From assembly GCA_965240325.2 (NCBI GenBank), contig OZ251254.1, positions 434,001-498,000 on the forward strand: a DNA stretch of 64,000 nt. The letters are read 5' to 3'. Origin of the DNA: Rebecca billardiae RCC1528 (Eukaryota > Protista > Haptophyta). Below the pieces are notes generated by a model. It saw only the letters and a program-made list of their open reading frames with translations, was not told where the DNA came from and searched no databases. Below, one piece after another: positions 46,334 to 57,798 of this stretch (the stretch's first letter is position 1; every line of letters begins with the position of its first letter). The translations under genes and the position numbers were made by a program.

Positions 46334-48583
46334 TCAGCACTCGTCCGCCGCACGCGCCGCCGCGCACATCGCCATGGGACCGTCCACGCACAGCGTGGGT
46401 GCAAGGTAGGCGCGCCCAAGCGCGCTCCTCGCACACCACGGCAGCCCAGGCTGACGCGCGGCGGCGGCAGCCGCGCCCCCGCCGCCGCCGCCGCCGCCAC
46501 CACCCATGCCGCCGCCGCCCAAGCCGCTGCCGGCCACCTCAACGAGCTCAACGAGCTCAAACGCCGCGAGCACGTGGCGAAGGATCGTCCACGCGGCGAG
46601 CAGGGCGGCGGTGCCGGCGGGGCACGCGCGGCGCCCGAGGCCAAACGCGGCGAGCCTTGGCCCCGGCGGCGCGCGGAGCGGGTCCCAGCGTGCACATGCA
46701 TCCTCCGCCGCCGCGCCGCCGCAGCAGAGCGTGTCGGCGCGCACGAGCGTGCGCTCGCCCGGCTTGCCCGCGGGCGCGCCGCGCGCGAGCGCGGGGCAGC
46801 GCGCGCGCAGCTCGTCCGTGCGCACAACGCGCGGCAGCGTCAGTACAGGCGGGCACGCCCACAGCGTGGCGCCCATGCAGCGCACCAGCAGCATGGCCGG
46901 GTCCGTCGTCGCGTCCGCCGCGCCCGCGCGCGCGCTCGCCGGGTCGGGCGTGGCTGGCGCGTCCGCCGCGCCCGCGCGCGCGCTCGCCGGTGCGCGCTCG
47001 GCGGCGGCGCCCGACGCGCGGCAGCGAGATGCTTCGGCCTGGGCTGCGCCGGTGTCAGCCTCAGAGGCAGCCGAGCACGCCGCGGCGGCGGGCGCGCCCG
47101 GCCCCGCGCGCAGCGCCGGGTGCGCCGGCGGCACGGGCCGGGCGATGGCCGCCGGCAGCGGCGCCCCAGTCGTCGCGCTCGCCTTGAGCGCGCGCAGCGC
47201 ATCGCAGTGCAGCGCGCGAAGGCGCGCGCAGCGCGCGAGCTCCGCGCACTCGCGGCCGAGCGCGAGGCGCAGGCGCTCGCGCCCCGGCTGGTGGGCGCCG
47301 AGCTGGAGCAGCGTCACGCACACCACGCCGAGCGTCGTCTCGAACCCCGCCGTCAGGAACGAGACGCAGTTGGCCACAATCTCCGAGCGGGCGAGCGCGG
47401 TGCCGCCGGTACCGCAGTGGGCGGCCATGGCGGCAAGGAGCGGCGCGCACGCGCCGCCGCCGGGCGCGTGCGCCGCGGGGCCGTGCGCCAAGCCCGAGCC
47501 GTGCGCGCTCGAGCCCGGCGCGCCCCCGCCCCCGCCCGCGCCGCGCGCCTCCGCGCCCGCCGCCGCACCGCCCGCCGCCGCCCGCAGCTCAAGCTCGAGC
47601 CACGACGAGAGCCGAGCGCTCAGCCGCGCGTGCGCCGCGCGCGTGCGCGCCGGATGCTTTGCGCGCGCGCGCAGGCTCCGCCAGAAGCGGAGGAAGTCGG
47701 CGCCGAGCGCGCGCCGCGGCTCGTCGTCGTCGTCGTCACCACACGCGCGCGTGGGCGGCGGGCCGCCCTGCTCCCACCCGCTCGCCGAACCCGGCGCGCC
47801 CTCCTCCGCAGCGGAGGCCCGAGGCCCGCGCGGAGCGGACGGCGTGGCCTGCCGCCGCGCGGCGTGCGGCTCCGTCGGTATGGCGGCGGCGCCGTCGTCG
47901 GCGGGCGGCGCGCCCGCGCCGAGCGCACTCGCGCCGATCCCGGCCTCGGCGGCACTCCGCGCGCCCCCGTCGCGCTCCGCGCCGCCAGGCGCGCCCGACC
48001 GCGGAGACGCACCGCCGGGTGCGCCGACGCACTCGCCGTCCGGCGCGCCGACGACGAGCTCGACGATCCAGCGCGCGAGCACGGGCTCGAGGAGCGGCTT
48101 GAGGTCCAGCTGCAGCACGGCGCCGGGCGGCGCGCTGGCCAGCGTCGCCTGCAGCCCGCCGACCAGCTCGCGCGCCGCGCGCTCGGCAATGGCGACTGGT
48201 CTGTCATGCCCCAGGCCGATCGGGAGGACGCGCCGCGTGATGAGCGCGCGCTGCCGGCTCCAATCGGCGCCGGTGGCGCCGGTGAGCGCGTCGCGGATGT
48301 GGTTCGCCGTGCGCGCCGCCGGCTTCTCCAGCGCGCCGCCGCACACCGCCTCGAGCGCCTCGAAGGTCCGCGCGTCCAGAACGACGACTGTCCGCGCCGG
48401 CGCGTCACGCATGCCGGTGGCAGTCACGAGGAGGCCCGCGGCGCGATGCGCGCGCGAGGCGCGGGCGCGGAGGGCCCACAGCTCGTCGCCGGCGGCGCCC
48501 ATCCACGCCCGCCAGCTCGGCTCGGCTGGAGCGTCATCGCCCGCGCGCGCCGCCGACGGCGACGAGCTCGCCGCCTGCCCCAT
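46334..48583 (-). CDS. Divergent cytochrome P450-like protein
   Basis: C-helix W..QR, I-helix SFLTAGFETT, heme motif FGLGRRACPAG. ExxR not found. Confidence 0.75.
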   Translation of the reverse strand: MGQAASSSPSAARAGDDAPAEPSWRAWMGAAGDELWALRARASRAHRAAGLLVTATGMRDAPARTVVVLDARTFEALEAVCGGALEKPAARTANHIRDALTGATGADWSRQRALITRRVLPIGLGHDRPVAIAERAARELVGGLQATLASAPPGAVLQLDLKPLLEPVLARWIVELVVGAPDGECVGAPGGASPRSGAPGGAERDGGARSAAEAGIGASALGAGAPPADDGAAAIPTEPHAARRQATPSAPRGPRASAAEEGAPGSASGWEQGGPPPTRACGDDDDDEPRRALGADFLRFWRSLRARAKHPARTRAAHARLSARLSSWLELELRAAAGGAAAGAEARGAGGGGGAPGSSAHGSGLAHGPAAHAPGGGACAPLLAAMAAHCGTGGTALARSEIVANCVSFLTAGFETTLGVVCVTLLQLGAHQPGRERLRLALGRECAELARCARLRALHCDALRALKASATTGAPLPAAIARPVPPAHPALRAGPGAPAAAACSAASEADTGAAQAEASRCRASGAAAERAPASARAGAADAPATPDPASARAGAADATTDPAMLLVRCMGATLWACPPVLTLPRVVRTDELRARCPALARGAPAGKPGERTLVRADTLCCGGAAAEDACARWDPLRAPPGPRLAAFGLGRRACPAGTAALLAAWTILRHVLAAFELVELVEVAGSGLGGGGMGGGGGGGGGGAAAAAARQPGLPWCARSALGRAYLAPTLCVDGPMAMCAAARAADEC

Positions 48584-48656
48584 TGCCGCCCGTCCGGCCC
48601 CGCGACCGGCCGACTACGATATTTTCCATTTTCAATTTGCTGTCTGCGGCGCGAAA

Positions 48657-49405
48657 CCAACCGGTCCAGACCTCAGGATTTGGGAAACTCGGAAAATGAG
48701 AGAAATTCAAAACCCGCCGCGTGCGCCCGCCACAGCCATCCGCCGCGAGGCGCCGCCCGCTGCCGCGCCGCCGCAGTCGTAGACGTGCACGCGGCGATGG
48801 CGCACGCGGTCGGGCAGAGGCATAGGGCCTTTCTGCGCCGCCCTGCGCCGGGCAACTCGCGTCTGACCATCTTCTCGGCGCCTTGAGCCCGCACGGGCGT
48901 GTGCGCCGCCTCTCGGCTTCAGCCGTGCTGTGGTCCCCGCAAAGTATGCGCGCGCTGAGCGCAACCCGAGGCGCGCATCCCAGGACGGCGTGAGCCATGT
49001 GACAGTACGGTCGTGGGCGCGCGCCATGGTGCCCAGCGGCTTCACGTGCGTGCCTCTTTGCTGCCTCGGCAGGCAAGGCGCGGCATGGCTCTGGCTGAAT
49101 GTGGCGGCGGCGCACGCTCGCGCTCTCGCGGGCCTGCAGCTGACCGTCGAGGTGCGAGGGCGCGAAGCGCTGCGCCACGCGCAAGCGACAGTAGTTCACC
49201 GCTTCGCTACCGCCCCGCTGCGTCCCATCGGAAGATCTACTGGACTTCGCGCGGCCTCGCCCTGGCGGCGGAAGGCGAGAGCGAGGTGGCGGCGGGAGCG
49301 TCCGCCCCAGCGCGCGCCAACCTGACGAAACCCGAAATCTGCACGCCAGTGGGCCGCCCACTGGCGTGCAGATCTACCGATAATCCTGAGGTCTGGACCG
49401 GTTGG
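48657..49405. mobile_element. MITE family C (about 750 bp)
   Basis: Perfect 24-bp TIR CCAACCGGTCCAGACCTCAGGATT / AATCCTGAGGTCTGGACCGGTTGG. Flanks are AA on the left and TA on the right. Confidence 0.85.
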
Positions 49406-49517
49406 TAATGCCGGGTGCTGTTGACGGTAGTTTATTGCATGGACCACTTGATGGACGGCTAGTAAGTAGTAGCATCGCTGCATATCGCGTCATCGTCCAT
49501 ATATTCCGACCAGGTTG

Positions 49518-50642
49518 TCAGCACGTCGCCGCGTAGTACTCGGCTCGCGCGCGCGCAAACTCGAGCGCGTACGGCCGCCAGACGCGCGGCTCAGGGCCGC
49601 CGAGCCAGCGAAACGTCGCAGGCAGCGTGCGCGCCAGAGCGGAGTCGAACGGCGGCGGCGCGCGCGAAGGCGGCGGCGCGGCCGGCGCATTGCGCGCCGC
49701 GGCCGCCGCCGCGGCCTCCGCGGTGGCAGCCGCCGCTGCTTCGCTCCCTTCGGCCACCGCTGCGTCCGCGGCGGCGAGCACGTGCCGCATGCGCTGGGCG
49801 GTGCTGGCCGACATGCGCGCGCGGAGCCAGAGCACCGCGTGCGCGTGCCCAGCCCACGCTGCGTGCTGGCAGGCCGTGTCCGCGCGCAGCCGGCACCCGG
49901 CCGCTGCGCCGAACTCGAGCACGGCCGTGTGCCCGCCGCGCGCGGCCGCCGTCATGGTCTCGTCGTCCCACGGCGCCTTGGCGGCGTCGCGGAGCCAGCG
50001 CAGCGTCTCCAGGTGCCCGCCGCGCGCCGCGGCGGAGCACGCCTCCTTCGTCGGGCGCAAGCCGCAAGCCTCAACGAGGTAGCGCACGCACGCGAGCTCG
50101 CCGCCGCGCGCGGCGCCGACGATCGCGGCCCGGCGCAGCGGCAGCCGGCGCTCGCGCGCCCAGCGCAGCGCGTCGAGGTGGCCCGCGGCGGCCGCCGCGG
50201 CCGGCGTGCGCCAGTCGAACGGGCACTCGCGCGCGCGCAGCCACTCGAGAACATGCACGTGGCCGGCGAGCGCGGCCGAGGCGGGCGCCCAGGTGTCCCA
50301 GCCCGCCTTGGCGTCCTCGCGCGCCCAGCGCAGCACGTCGAGGCGGCCGGCGGCGGCGGCGAGCGCGCAGGTGAGGCACGGGTCGAGCCCGGCCTCCAGC
50401 CGCGCCCAGCGCGCGATGCTCACGCTCGAGACCGCCACGCGCCGCGGCGTCTGGAAGCGCACGAGCCGGCGGCCGACGCGGCGCGGCGCGCCGGTCCGGC
50501 CGGCCATCACCTCGCGGAAGCGGCGGCAGACGAGCGCGAGGAGGAAGGCGTGCTCGTCGCCGACCCGCCGGAAGATGGTGCCGAGCTCGTCGTCGTTCGG
50601 CAGCCGGAACGGCGACGCGTCGAGCGCGCCCGTTGCTGGCAT
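49518..50642 (-). CDS. F-box-like plus ankyrin-repeat protein (algal/giant-virus type)
   Basis: LPNDDELGTIF..LALVCRRFRE. About seven repeats such as AAAAGRLDVLRWARE, AALAGHVHVLEWLRARECPFD, AARGGHLETLRWLR..PWD. Confidence 0.85.
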   Translation of the reverse strand: MPATGALDASPFRLPNDDELGTIFRRVGDEHAFLLALVCRRFREVMAGRTGAPRRVGRRLVRFQTPRRVAVSSVSIARWARLEAGLDPCLTCALAAAAGRLDVLRWAREDAKAGWDTWAPASAALAGHVHVLEWLRARECPFDWRTPAAAAAAGHLDALRWARERRLPLRRAAIVGAARGGELACVRYLVEACGLRPTKEACSAAARGGHLETLRWLRDAAKAPWDDETMTAAARGGHTAVLEFGAAAGCRLRADTACQHAAWAGHAHAVLWLRARMSASTAQRMRHVLAAADAAVAEGSEAAAAATAEAAAAAAARNAPAAPPPSRAPPPFDSALARTLPATFRWLGGPEPRVWRPYALEFARARAEYYAATC

Positions 50643-50846
50643 GCTGCAAGGCAGGCTGGCCGGTGCGGCGCCCGCGGCCGAGCCAAAGCCGACGACACGG
50701 ACAAGGACAGTCCGGGCTTTGAGCTCTTCGTCCGGACTGGGAAGGCGGGCGTGAGAGTCGTGACCACGCTTGGCCAGCTCCTACTGGCACGGCGACGCGC
50801 CCGCTGGCGGACGAATCCCACGCACGCGCGGAGCCCAGCGCCGTCG

Positions 50847-52857
50847 ATGCCCGCCGCGCGGCAGCCCGTCGCGTCGAAGGCGCTGCTCGGCCACTTCTGG
50901 GCGCTCGCCGACGTCGAGCCCACCGTGCGCTGCGAAGCCACCGCCGGCCTGCTCGCCCAGCTCGCCGCGGCGCGGCGCGTCGCGGACGACGGCGGCGGCG
51001 GCGGCGACGGCGCGGCGCCCTTCCCAGAGCTCTCTTACGCGCTCTCGCGGCTGGTGCGCGGCCTCGCCTCGGCGCGCGAGTGCGCGCGGCAGGGCTTCGC
51101 GCTCGCGCTCGTCGGCGTGCTCCGCGCCTTCCCCGACCTCGTCAGCCCCGACACCGCGCTCGACTTGATCGAGCAGCACCTCACACGCGGCGCGACCGGC
51201 TCGGCGGACGAGCGCGCGCAGGCGCTGGGCTGCCTCTTCGCGCACGCGGCGCTGGTGCGCTCGGGCCGGCTGGCGGACGTGCCGCCCGACGGCGGCCCGC
51301 CCCACGCCGCCGTGCGCGCGTTCCGTGGCCTGATGCGGTGCGCGCACCGCCGCTGGTTTTTGGCTGAGCCGGCGGCGTGCGCCGCCTCTGAGCTGCTCGA
51401 GCAGCTGGCGGCCGGCGGCGGCGGCGGCGGCGGCGGCGCGGAGGGCGCGGCGGTGGCGGCGCGCGCCTCCAGGCCCACGCCGCGCCGCGCCGCCCGAGCC
51501 GCCGCGCCGCCGCCCGACGACGCCGCGCTCGCGCGACTGAGCCCGCTGCTCGCCGAGCTCGGCGCGGCGGTAGGTTCCGGGAAAGTTCCGCCGCAGGAGT
51601 GGAGCGCGGCGCAGCTGCTGCTCGTGCTGCGCGGCGCGCGCACGGCGCGGCGCGCGTGCGGCGCGCCGGGCGCGCGCGCGCTCGCGCGCGCCCTGCCCGC
51701 CCTCCGCCTCGACCCGACCACCGGCCTCATTCTCAGCGCCGCGACGGCGCCGCTGCTGGCCGAGCCTTTCAAGCGTGCGTCCGCGTCGCACCCGCGGCTG
51801 CACTCTGCGTGGGCGGCGGCGCTGGACGAGCTGCTGGGCGATGGCGGCGGCGAGGGCGAGGGTGGCGAAGGCGGTGCGGTGCCGGAGGCGGAGGGCCTCG
51901 CCGCCGCGCAGGCGCGGCTGCACGCCTTCTGGGCCGCCATCGTCGACGGCGGGCTCATGGCTAGTCCCTCCGCCGACCGAAAATATTGCGCGCTGCTGCT
52001 GACGCAGCGCGCGCTGCCGCGCGCGGCGCGCGCGGCGGCGGCGGCGGCGCGCGCGGGCGGCGCGGACGAGCACGCGTGCCAGGCGGCGGCGGCGCGGATG
52101 GCCGCGCCGCTCCTCTCGCGCGAGCTCCTCCGGTGCGCCGCCGCGCGCCCCCGCGCCCGCCCCCCTGCGCCGCCCGGCGCGCCAAGCTTGCGGGCGCCGC
52201 GCCGCGCCGCGCCGCGCCGCGCCGCGCCGCGCCGCGCCGCGCGCGCTCACTCAGCGCCGCCGCCGCCGCCGCCGCGCGTGCGCACGCGCCCGCCCTCCCG
52301 CCCGCCCGCCCGGCGTGGCGCAGGTACATTGGCGGCGCGCTCGCCTCCGAGGAGCACTGGCTGCACGCGCACGCCTCCGCCGCGCTCGACACGATCGCCG
52401 CGGCGGCGGGCGCGAACCCAGCGCTCGCGCTCGCGCTAGCAGTGCAGGTGGGCGTGCGCGCGGACGCGGGGCGCGACGGCGGCGCGAGCGCGCGCGGCGG
52501 GGCGGGCGGCGGGAACGCGCTCGGCTCGTCCGAGGCGGCGCTCCGCCCGTTCCTCGCGCGGCTCACCGCCGCGCTCGCCGGCAGCCGCCGCCCCGCCGTC
52601 GGCGGCGCGCGGGCGGCGGGCGGCGACGGCGGCGGCGGCGGCGCCGACGGCGGCGGCGGCGCCGAGGGCGGGCGGGCGCTCGACTTCGTCAATCACCTGT
52701 GCGGCCTCCTGCTGCGCCCGGACAGTCCGGGCGGTGGTGGCGCGGGCGGCGGCGGCGCGGGGCCGCCCACGCCCGACGCGCTCGCCGCCGCCAGCGCGCG
52801 CCGCAGCTGGGCGCTTGAGCAGCTCGGCGCCGCATGCCGCACCTCCGCCGCCGAGCT

Positions 52858-52941
<84 letters not shown>

Positions 52942-54413
52942 GTGGTGCCAGCCGGGCGCGCCGCTGCTGCAGGTGCTGGCCCTGCTGTTCGTGTGCGGGT
53001 ACGGCGGTGCTGACGGCGGCGCGGCCGCGGCGCCGGAGCCGCGCGCGAGGAAGGGCGGCCCGAAGCGCGCGCCGCCAGACGCTGCACTTGTTGTGCCGGC
53101 GCCGGCGAGCGCGGCGCGCGCCGCGCGCGGCGGCGGCGCGGCGGCGGATGCGGAGGCGGCGGCGGAGGCGGCGGGCGAGCGGGTGATCGGCGCGCTGACG
53201 GAGCGGCTGCTGGGCGCGCCGCCGGACGCGCCGCTCATCTCCCCACCGCTCTCGCTCGCCACGCGCCGCCTCGCGCGCGAGCGCGCCACCGCACTGCTTC
53301 GTGAGCTCACGGCCGCGCGCGCGCTCGGCGCGCCGCCGCCGCCCGCGCGCGGCGCGCGCGGCGGCGGCGACGACGACGGCGGCGGCGGCGGTGGCGGCGC
53401 GAACGGCGAGGGCGAGGGCGAGGAGTCGGGCGGGCCGCGCGCGCCGGGCGGCGCGCAGCGCGCGCAGCTCGGCGCCGCGCTCGGCGCGTGCCGCGCGCTG
53501 CAGGCCGCGATGGCGGCGGCCGCCGGCACGCGCGCCGACGCAAGCGGCAAGGCGCGCTCGGCGCGCGCGCGCGCGGCGCGCGCGCGCGCGCTCGCGGCGC
53601 TGCGCACGGCGCGGCGCGCGCCGGCGCGGCGCGACGGCGGCTCGTCGAGCCCGCGCGCGTGGTGCGCGCTCGAGCTGCTGCTGACGCACGCGCTGCTGCT
53701 GCACGCCGCGGAGCCGCGCGCGACTTCGGGCCTGCTCGCCGACCTGAGCGCGTGTGTCGAGCTGATGGCGGGCGAAGGCGGCGGCGGCGGCGGCGCGGCG
53801 GGCGGCGAGGCGGGCGCGCTTGCGGACGACGACGACGACGAGGAGGAGGAGGAGGAGGGTGGTGGTGACGATGACGAGGAGGGCGGCGAGGGCCCGCCGT
53901 CGGTGGTTGAGGTCGTGGCCGACGTCTGCCTGTCTCTCCTCTCGCGCCCCTCCGCGCTTCTGCGCGAGGTGAGCGCGCTCGCCTTCAGAGCGGTGGCGGC
54001 GGAGGTGCGTGCGCGTGGCAGCGGCCGCGGCCGGAGTGCTAGCGCGCGCGCGCGCCGCGGCGCGCTCGCGGCACGCTGCCTGCTGCGCCGCCCTGCGCCC
54101 GCCCCGCCGCCTCCGCCTCCGCGGCTGCTCTGCGCCTAACCCTAACCCCACGCCCGCACACAACACCTCCGCACCCCGCCGCTCCAACCCTAACCCCAAC
54201 CCTAACCCAACCCTAACCCCTAACCCTAACCCCCTAACCCTAACCCTAACCCCTAACCCGAACCCGAACCCGAACCCTCTAACCCGAACGCATGTGCAGA
54301 TGACTGCGCCCGCGCTCGCGCTGCTCACGGACGTGCTGCGCTCGGCGGACGCGCTCACCGCGCCCACCAACGACGACGGCGACGCCGCGGACGACGACGA
54401 CGACGGTGGCAGC

Positions 54414-54447
<34 letters not shown>

Positions 54448-55275
54448 AGGAGGCGGAGGCGGGCGCAGGCTCGGGGTCGGACGACGAGGACGACGACGAC
54501 GAGGAGGACGACGACGACGAGGGCGGTGACGCGGCCGAGCGCGCCGCGGCGGCCGACTTCCTCTACGGCTCGCTGCTCGCGCCGTCGCACGCGGCGGCGG
54601 CGTCCGGCGGCGGCGGCGGCGGCGCGGCTCGCGACAGCTTGGATGGCTCGGGCGAGGCGGCGGCGGCGGCGGCGGCGGCGGTGGAGCGGCGCGCGGCGCA
54701 CGCTGCCGCCGCCAGCAACGACGACTCCGACTCGGGCGACGACGACTCGGACGGCGACAAGCACAAGAACGAGAGCGACGCCGACGACGGCTCCTCCTCC
54801 TCCTCGGCCGCGCCGATGCCCGAGGACGACGAGGCGATGGCGCAGGTCGACGCGCAGCTCGGCGCGCTGGTTCGCCTGAAGCAACAGCAGCTGAGCGCGG
54901 CCAGGGAGCGCACGCAGCAGCTGGCGCACTTCAAGCTGCGCGCGCTCGACCTGGTCGAGGGGTTCGTCAAGCACGCCGCGCACCCGCCGCTGCCCGGGCC
55001 GAAGCCGCCGCCGGCGGTTGCGGCGGCGGGTGCGGCGGCGGCGAGCACGCGCGCGCGCAGTGGCGCGCGCGGCGCGCGCGCGGCCGCCGCCGCTGCCGCC
55101 GACGCCGCCGACGCCGACGCGGGCGCGGCGGCGGCGCCGACGGCGGCGCTCGCGCTCGGCCTCGTCACGCCGCTGCTCGAGTGCGCCTCGCGCGCGCACG
55201 GCGTGCCCGACCAGAAGGCCGTCTTCCTCCGCGCCGGCGCGCTGCTCCGCTCGAAGCAGCTGCAGCGCGCGCTGT

Positions 55276-55312
<37 letters not shown>

Positions 55313-56669
55313 GCCGCCGCCGCGGCTGGACGCGGGCGATGCGATCGCGGCGGTGGAGGAGGTGGTGTCGTTCGCGGCGCGCGGCGCGCGGAGCGGGCTG
55401 CTCGTCGGGATGGCCGCCGAGGCGCTCTGCGCGCTGCTGCGCGCCCTCGGTGCCGCCGGGCTCCTGTCAGAGCCCGCGGCGGCGGGCGGCGCGGCCGGCG
55501 CGGCCGACGGCGGCGCGCGCAAGCGGCGGCGCGGCGCGGCGGGCGCGGCCGACGGCGCCGAGGCGGCGCGCGTGCGCGAGGCGGTGCTCGGCACGCTGGC
55601 CGACGCGCTCTCCTCGTACGCGCGCGTCAAGTCGACCAAGCTCACCTCGCCGTTCTGGCGCACGCTCTTTTCGCGCCAGCCGGCGCTGGGTTGGGCGGTG
55701 CTGGTGCGCGCGGCGCGCGCGCGCGTGCGCGGGGTGCGCGAGATCGCAATCTGGCCGAGCCGCGTGCGCGCGAGATCGTCGCGAGATCGCAATCTGGCCG
55801 AGCCGCGCGCGCGCGAGATCGTCGCGAGATCGCGATCTGGGCGCGCGCGAGAGAGAGGGTGGGAGGGATGGGCACCGCCATCTGCGCGCCCCGCACTCAC
55901 CCGCGGACGCCCGGCTGCTGCCGCCGCGCGCGCGTGTGTGCGCGTGTGCGCGCGCGCCGCAGCCTGCGCTGTGCGACGCGATGGAGGGCGCGCGCACGGC
56001 GTTTCTGCGCGCGGACCTGGCCGAGCACGGCGCGGCGGTGCTGCGGCAGGCGCACGCGCTGCCGGCCTGCGCCGCCGACCCCGCCGCCGCGCTCCGCACG
56101 GCGGCGCGGCTGCTCGACGCGCTGGGCGGCACGGTGCGGCGCGCGACGCCCGACAGCGGCGATGGCTGGAAGGTGAAGCGAGTGCTCGCCGTGCTCGGCG
56201 CGGGTGCGACGGCGGCGCAGGTGCGCGCGCGCCGCCGCGCGCACACCGCCCGGACTCCCTCCCATGCGCGCGCGCCGGACCGCGCTTACGCGCGCGCGCG
56301 CCCGCGTCGCCGCGCCGCGCTCCGCTGCCGTCGGCTCGGGCGGCGGCACAGGCTACAGAGCGCATCGGCACGGCGGCGGCGGCGGCGGCGGGCGGCGGCG
56401 GGTCGGGCGCGCGCGCGGCGGCGGAGGCGCTGCGTGGGCTCTCCGCCGCGTGCGAGCCGCTCGGCGGCGAGGGCGGTGACGCCTCCGGCGCGGCGCACCC
56501 GTCGGCCAAGGTGCACGCCGCGTGCGCGCGCGTGCGGCAGGCCGCTGCCAAGGCCGAGCGCGCGCTGGCGGCGAGCGGCGCGCCGGCGGAGCCCAAGGCG
56601 GCGGCGGCGGCGGCGCGCAAGGAGGGCGGCACGCCGGGTGCGGGGCGCAAGAAGCGGCCGGCGAGCTGA
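50847..56669 (+). CDS. POL5: MYB-binding protein 1A / DNA polymerase phi (Pol5) nucleolar protein. Exons 50847-52132, 52324-54004, 54300-55703, 55963-56220, 56352-56669
   Basis: HFWALAD..VR..A..LL, YALSRLVRGLASARECARQGFALAL, VVADVCLSLLSRPSALLREV, an acidic tract, DAQLG..HFKLRALDLVE, C-terminal NLS-like RKKRP. Confidence 0.82.
54135..54285 (+). repeat. Interstitial telomere-like (CCCTAA)n array in POL5 intron 2
   Basis: Many CCCTAA/CCCGAA units ending about 15 nt before the AG acceptor. Confidence 0.9.
55736..55840 (+). repeat. 43-bp tandem repeat (about 2.4 copies) in POL5 intron 3
   Basis: AGATCGCAATCTGGCCGAGCCGCG.GCGCGCGAGATCGTCGCG starting at 55741, 55784 and 55827. Confidence 0.85.
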
Positions 56670-57105
56670 GCGTCGAGGCGCATCGTCGAGCGTTTGCGCC
56701 GCGCCGACAGCGTAGAGGGCGGGCGGGCGGGCATGCGACGCCATGCTGCTGGCGCGGCGGCCGCATCAGACATTTCTTCAGACTGAGTTTGGTTCGGGCC
56801 TCGTCGCAAACATGCGCCGTCGAACCTCCACGCGCCAATCAGCGCTCTCGGAATTGGTATCGCACTACTCGCGTGCGTCAGAGTCGCGAATCGGCGCCCT
56901 TTCAGACTCTCTCTCACACGGGCTGCAGATTCGTCAGATGAACAGGCGGGTTCGCGTGGCCGGCCCACCCGGCCGCCCGGCACGGCCGCGCGGCCGCGCG
57001 ACTTTCGCACTGCCTTCCCAAACCTCGCGGCGGGTCGTCATCAGCGCGCTCGCACCGCGCGCTCCCCGCACCGGCGCGCAGCCCGCCCGAGCCCTCGGAC
57101 CGCCG

Positions 57106-57766
57106 ATGGCGCAGATCGCGTACGAGGTGCCCGGCCTCGACCTCTCCGCCTACCGCGCGTCGCTCGTCCTCTTCGTCAACGGCGAGCGCGTCGACGTGCC
57201 GTCGCCGCAGCCGCAGACGCTGCTTCTCGATTTCCTGCGCGCGCGCGGGCTGACGGGCGCGAAGCTGGGCTGCGGCGAGGGCGGGTGCGGCGCGTGCACG
57301 GTGGTGGTCTCGCGCTGGGACGCGCCCGCGGGCGTCGCGCGCCACGCCTCCGTCAACGCCTGCCTGATGCCGCTGCTCGCCGCCGACGGCTGCAACGTGA
57401 CGACTGTCGAAGGCATCGGCTCGGCCGTCGCGGGCAAGCTGGGCGGCGGGAGCGCGAGCGCGGGCGGCGGGCCGGGCACGCCGACGGAGCTGCGCGCGCT
57501 GCACCCCGTGCAGCAGCGCATGACCGAGCTGCACGGCTCGCAGTGCGGCTTCTGCACGCCGGGCGTCGTGATGGCCGTGTATGGCCTACTCCTGCAGCAG
57601 TCGCCAGAGCAGCTCACGACCGCCGCGGTGGAGGAGAGCATGGACGGGAACCTGTGCCGCTGCACGGGGTACCGGCCGATCTGGGACGCGGCGAAGAGCC
57701 TCTGCGTCGACGCGCCGCGCGAGCCGGGCGGCGACAAGTGCGCCGACTGCCCGTCGCGCGCGGGCG

Positions 57767-57798
<32 letters not shown>

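Noticed and set aside
49515-50846. Apparent N-terminal extension of POL5 (974-aa ORF)
   Set aside because: It is the antisense shadow of the ankyrin gene. POL5 homology begins at MPAARQ (50847).
52859-52941. Long GGC runs (also about 42477-42541)
   Set aside because: Coding poly-Gly microsatellites, common throughout this window.
54135-54285. True telomere or chromosome-fusion scar
   Set aside because: The arrays are short, degenerate, lie within introns of intact genes and recur in many introns.
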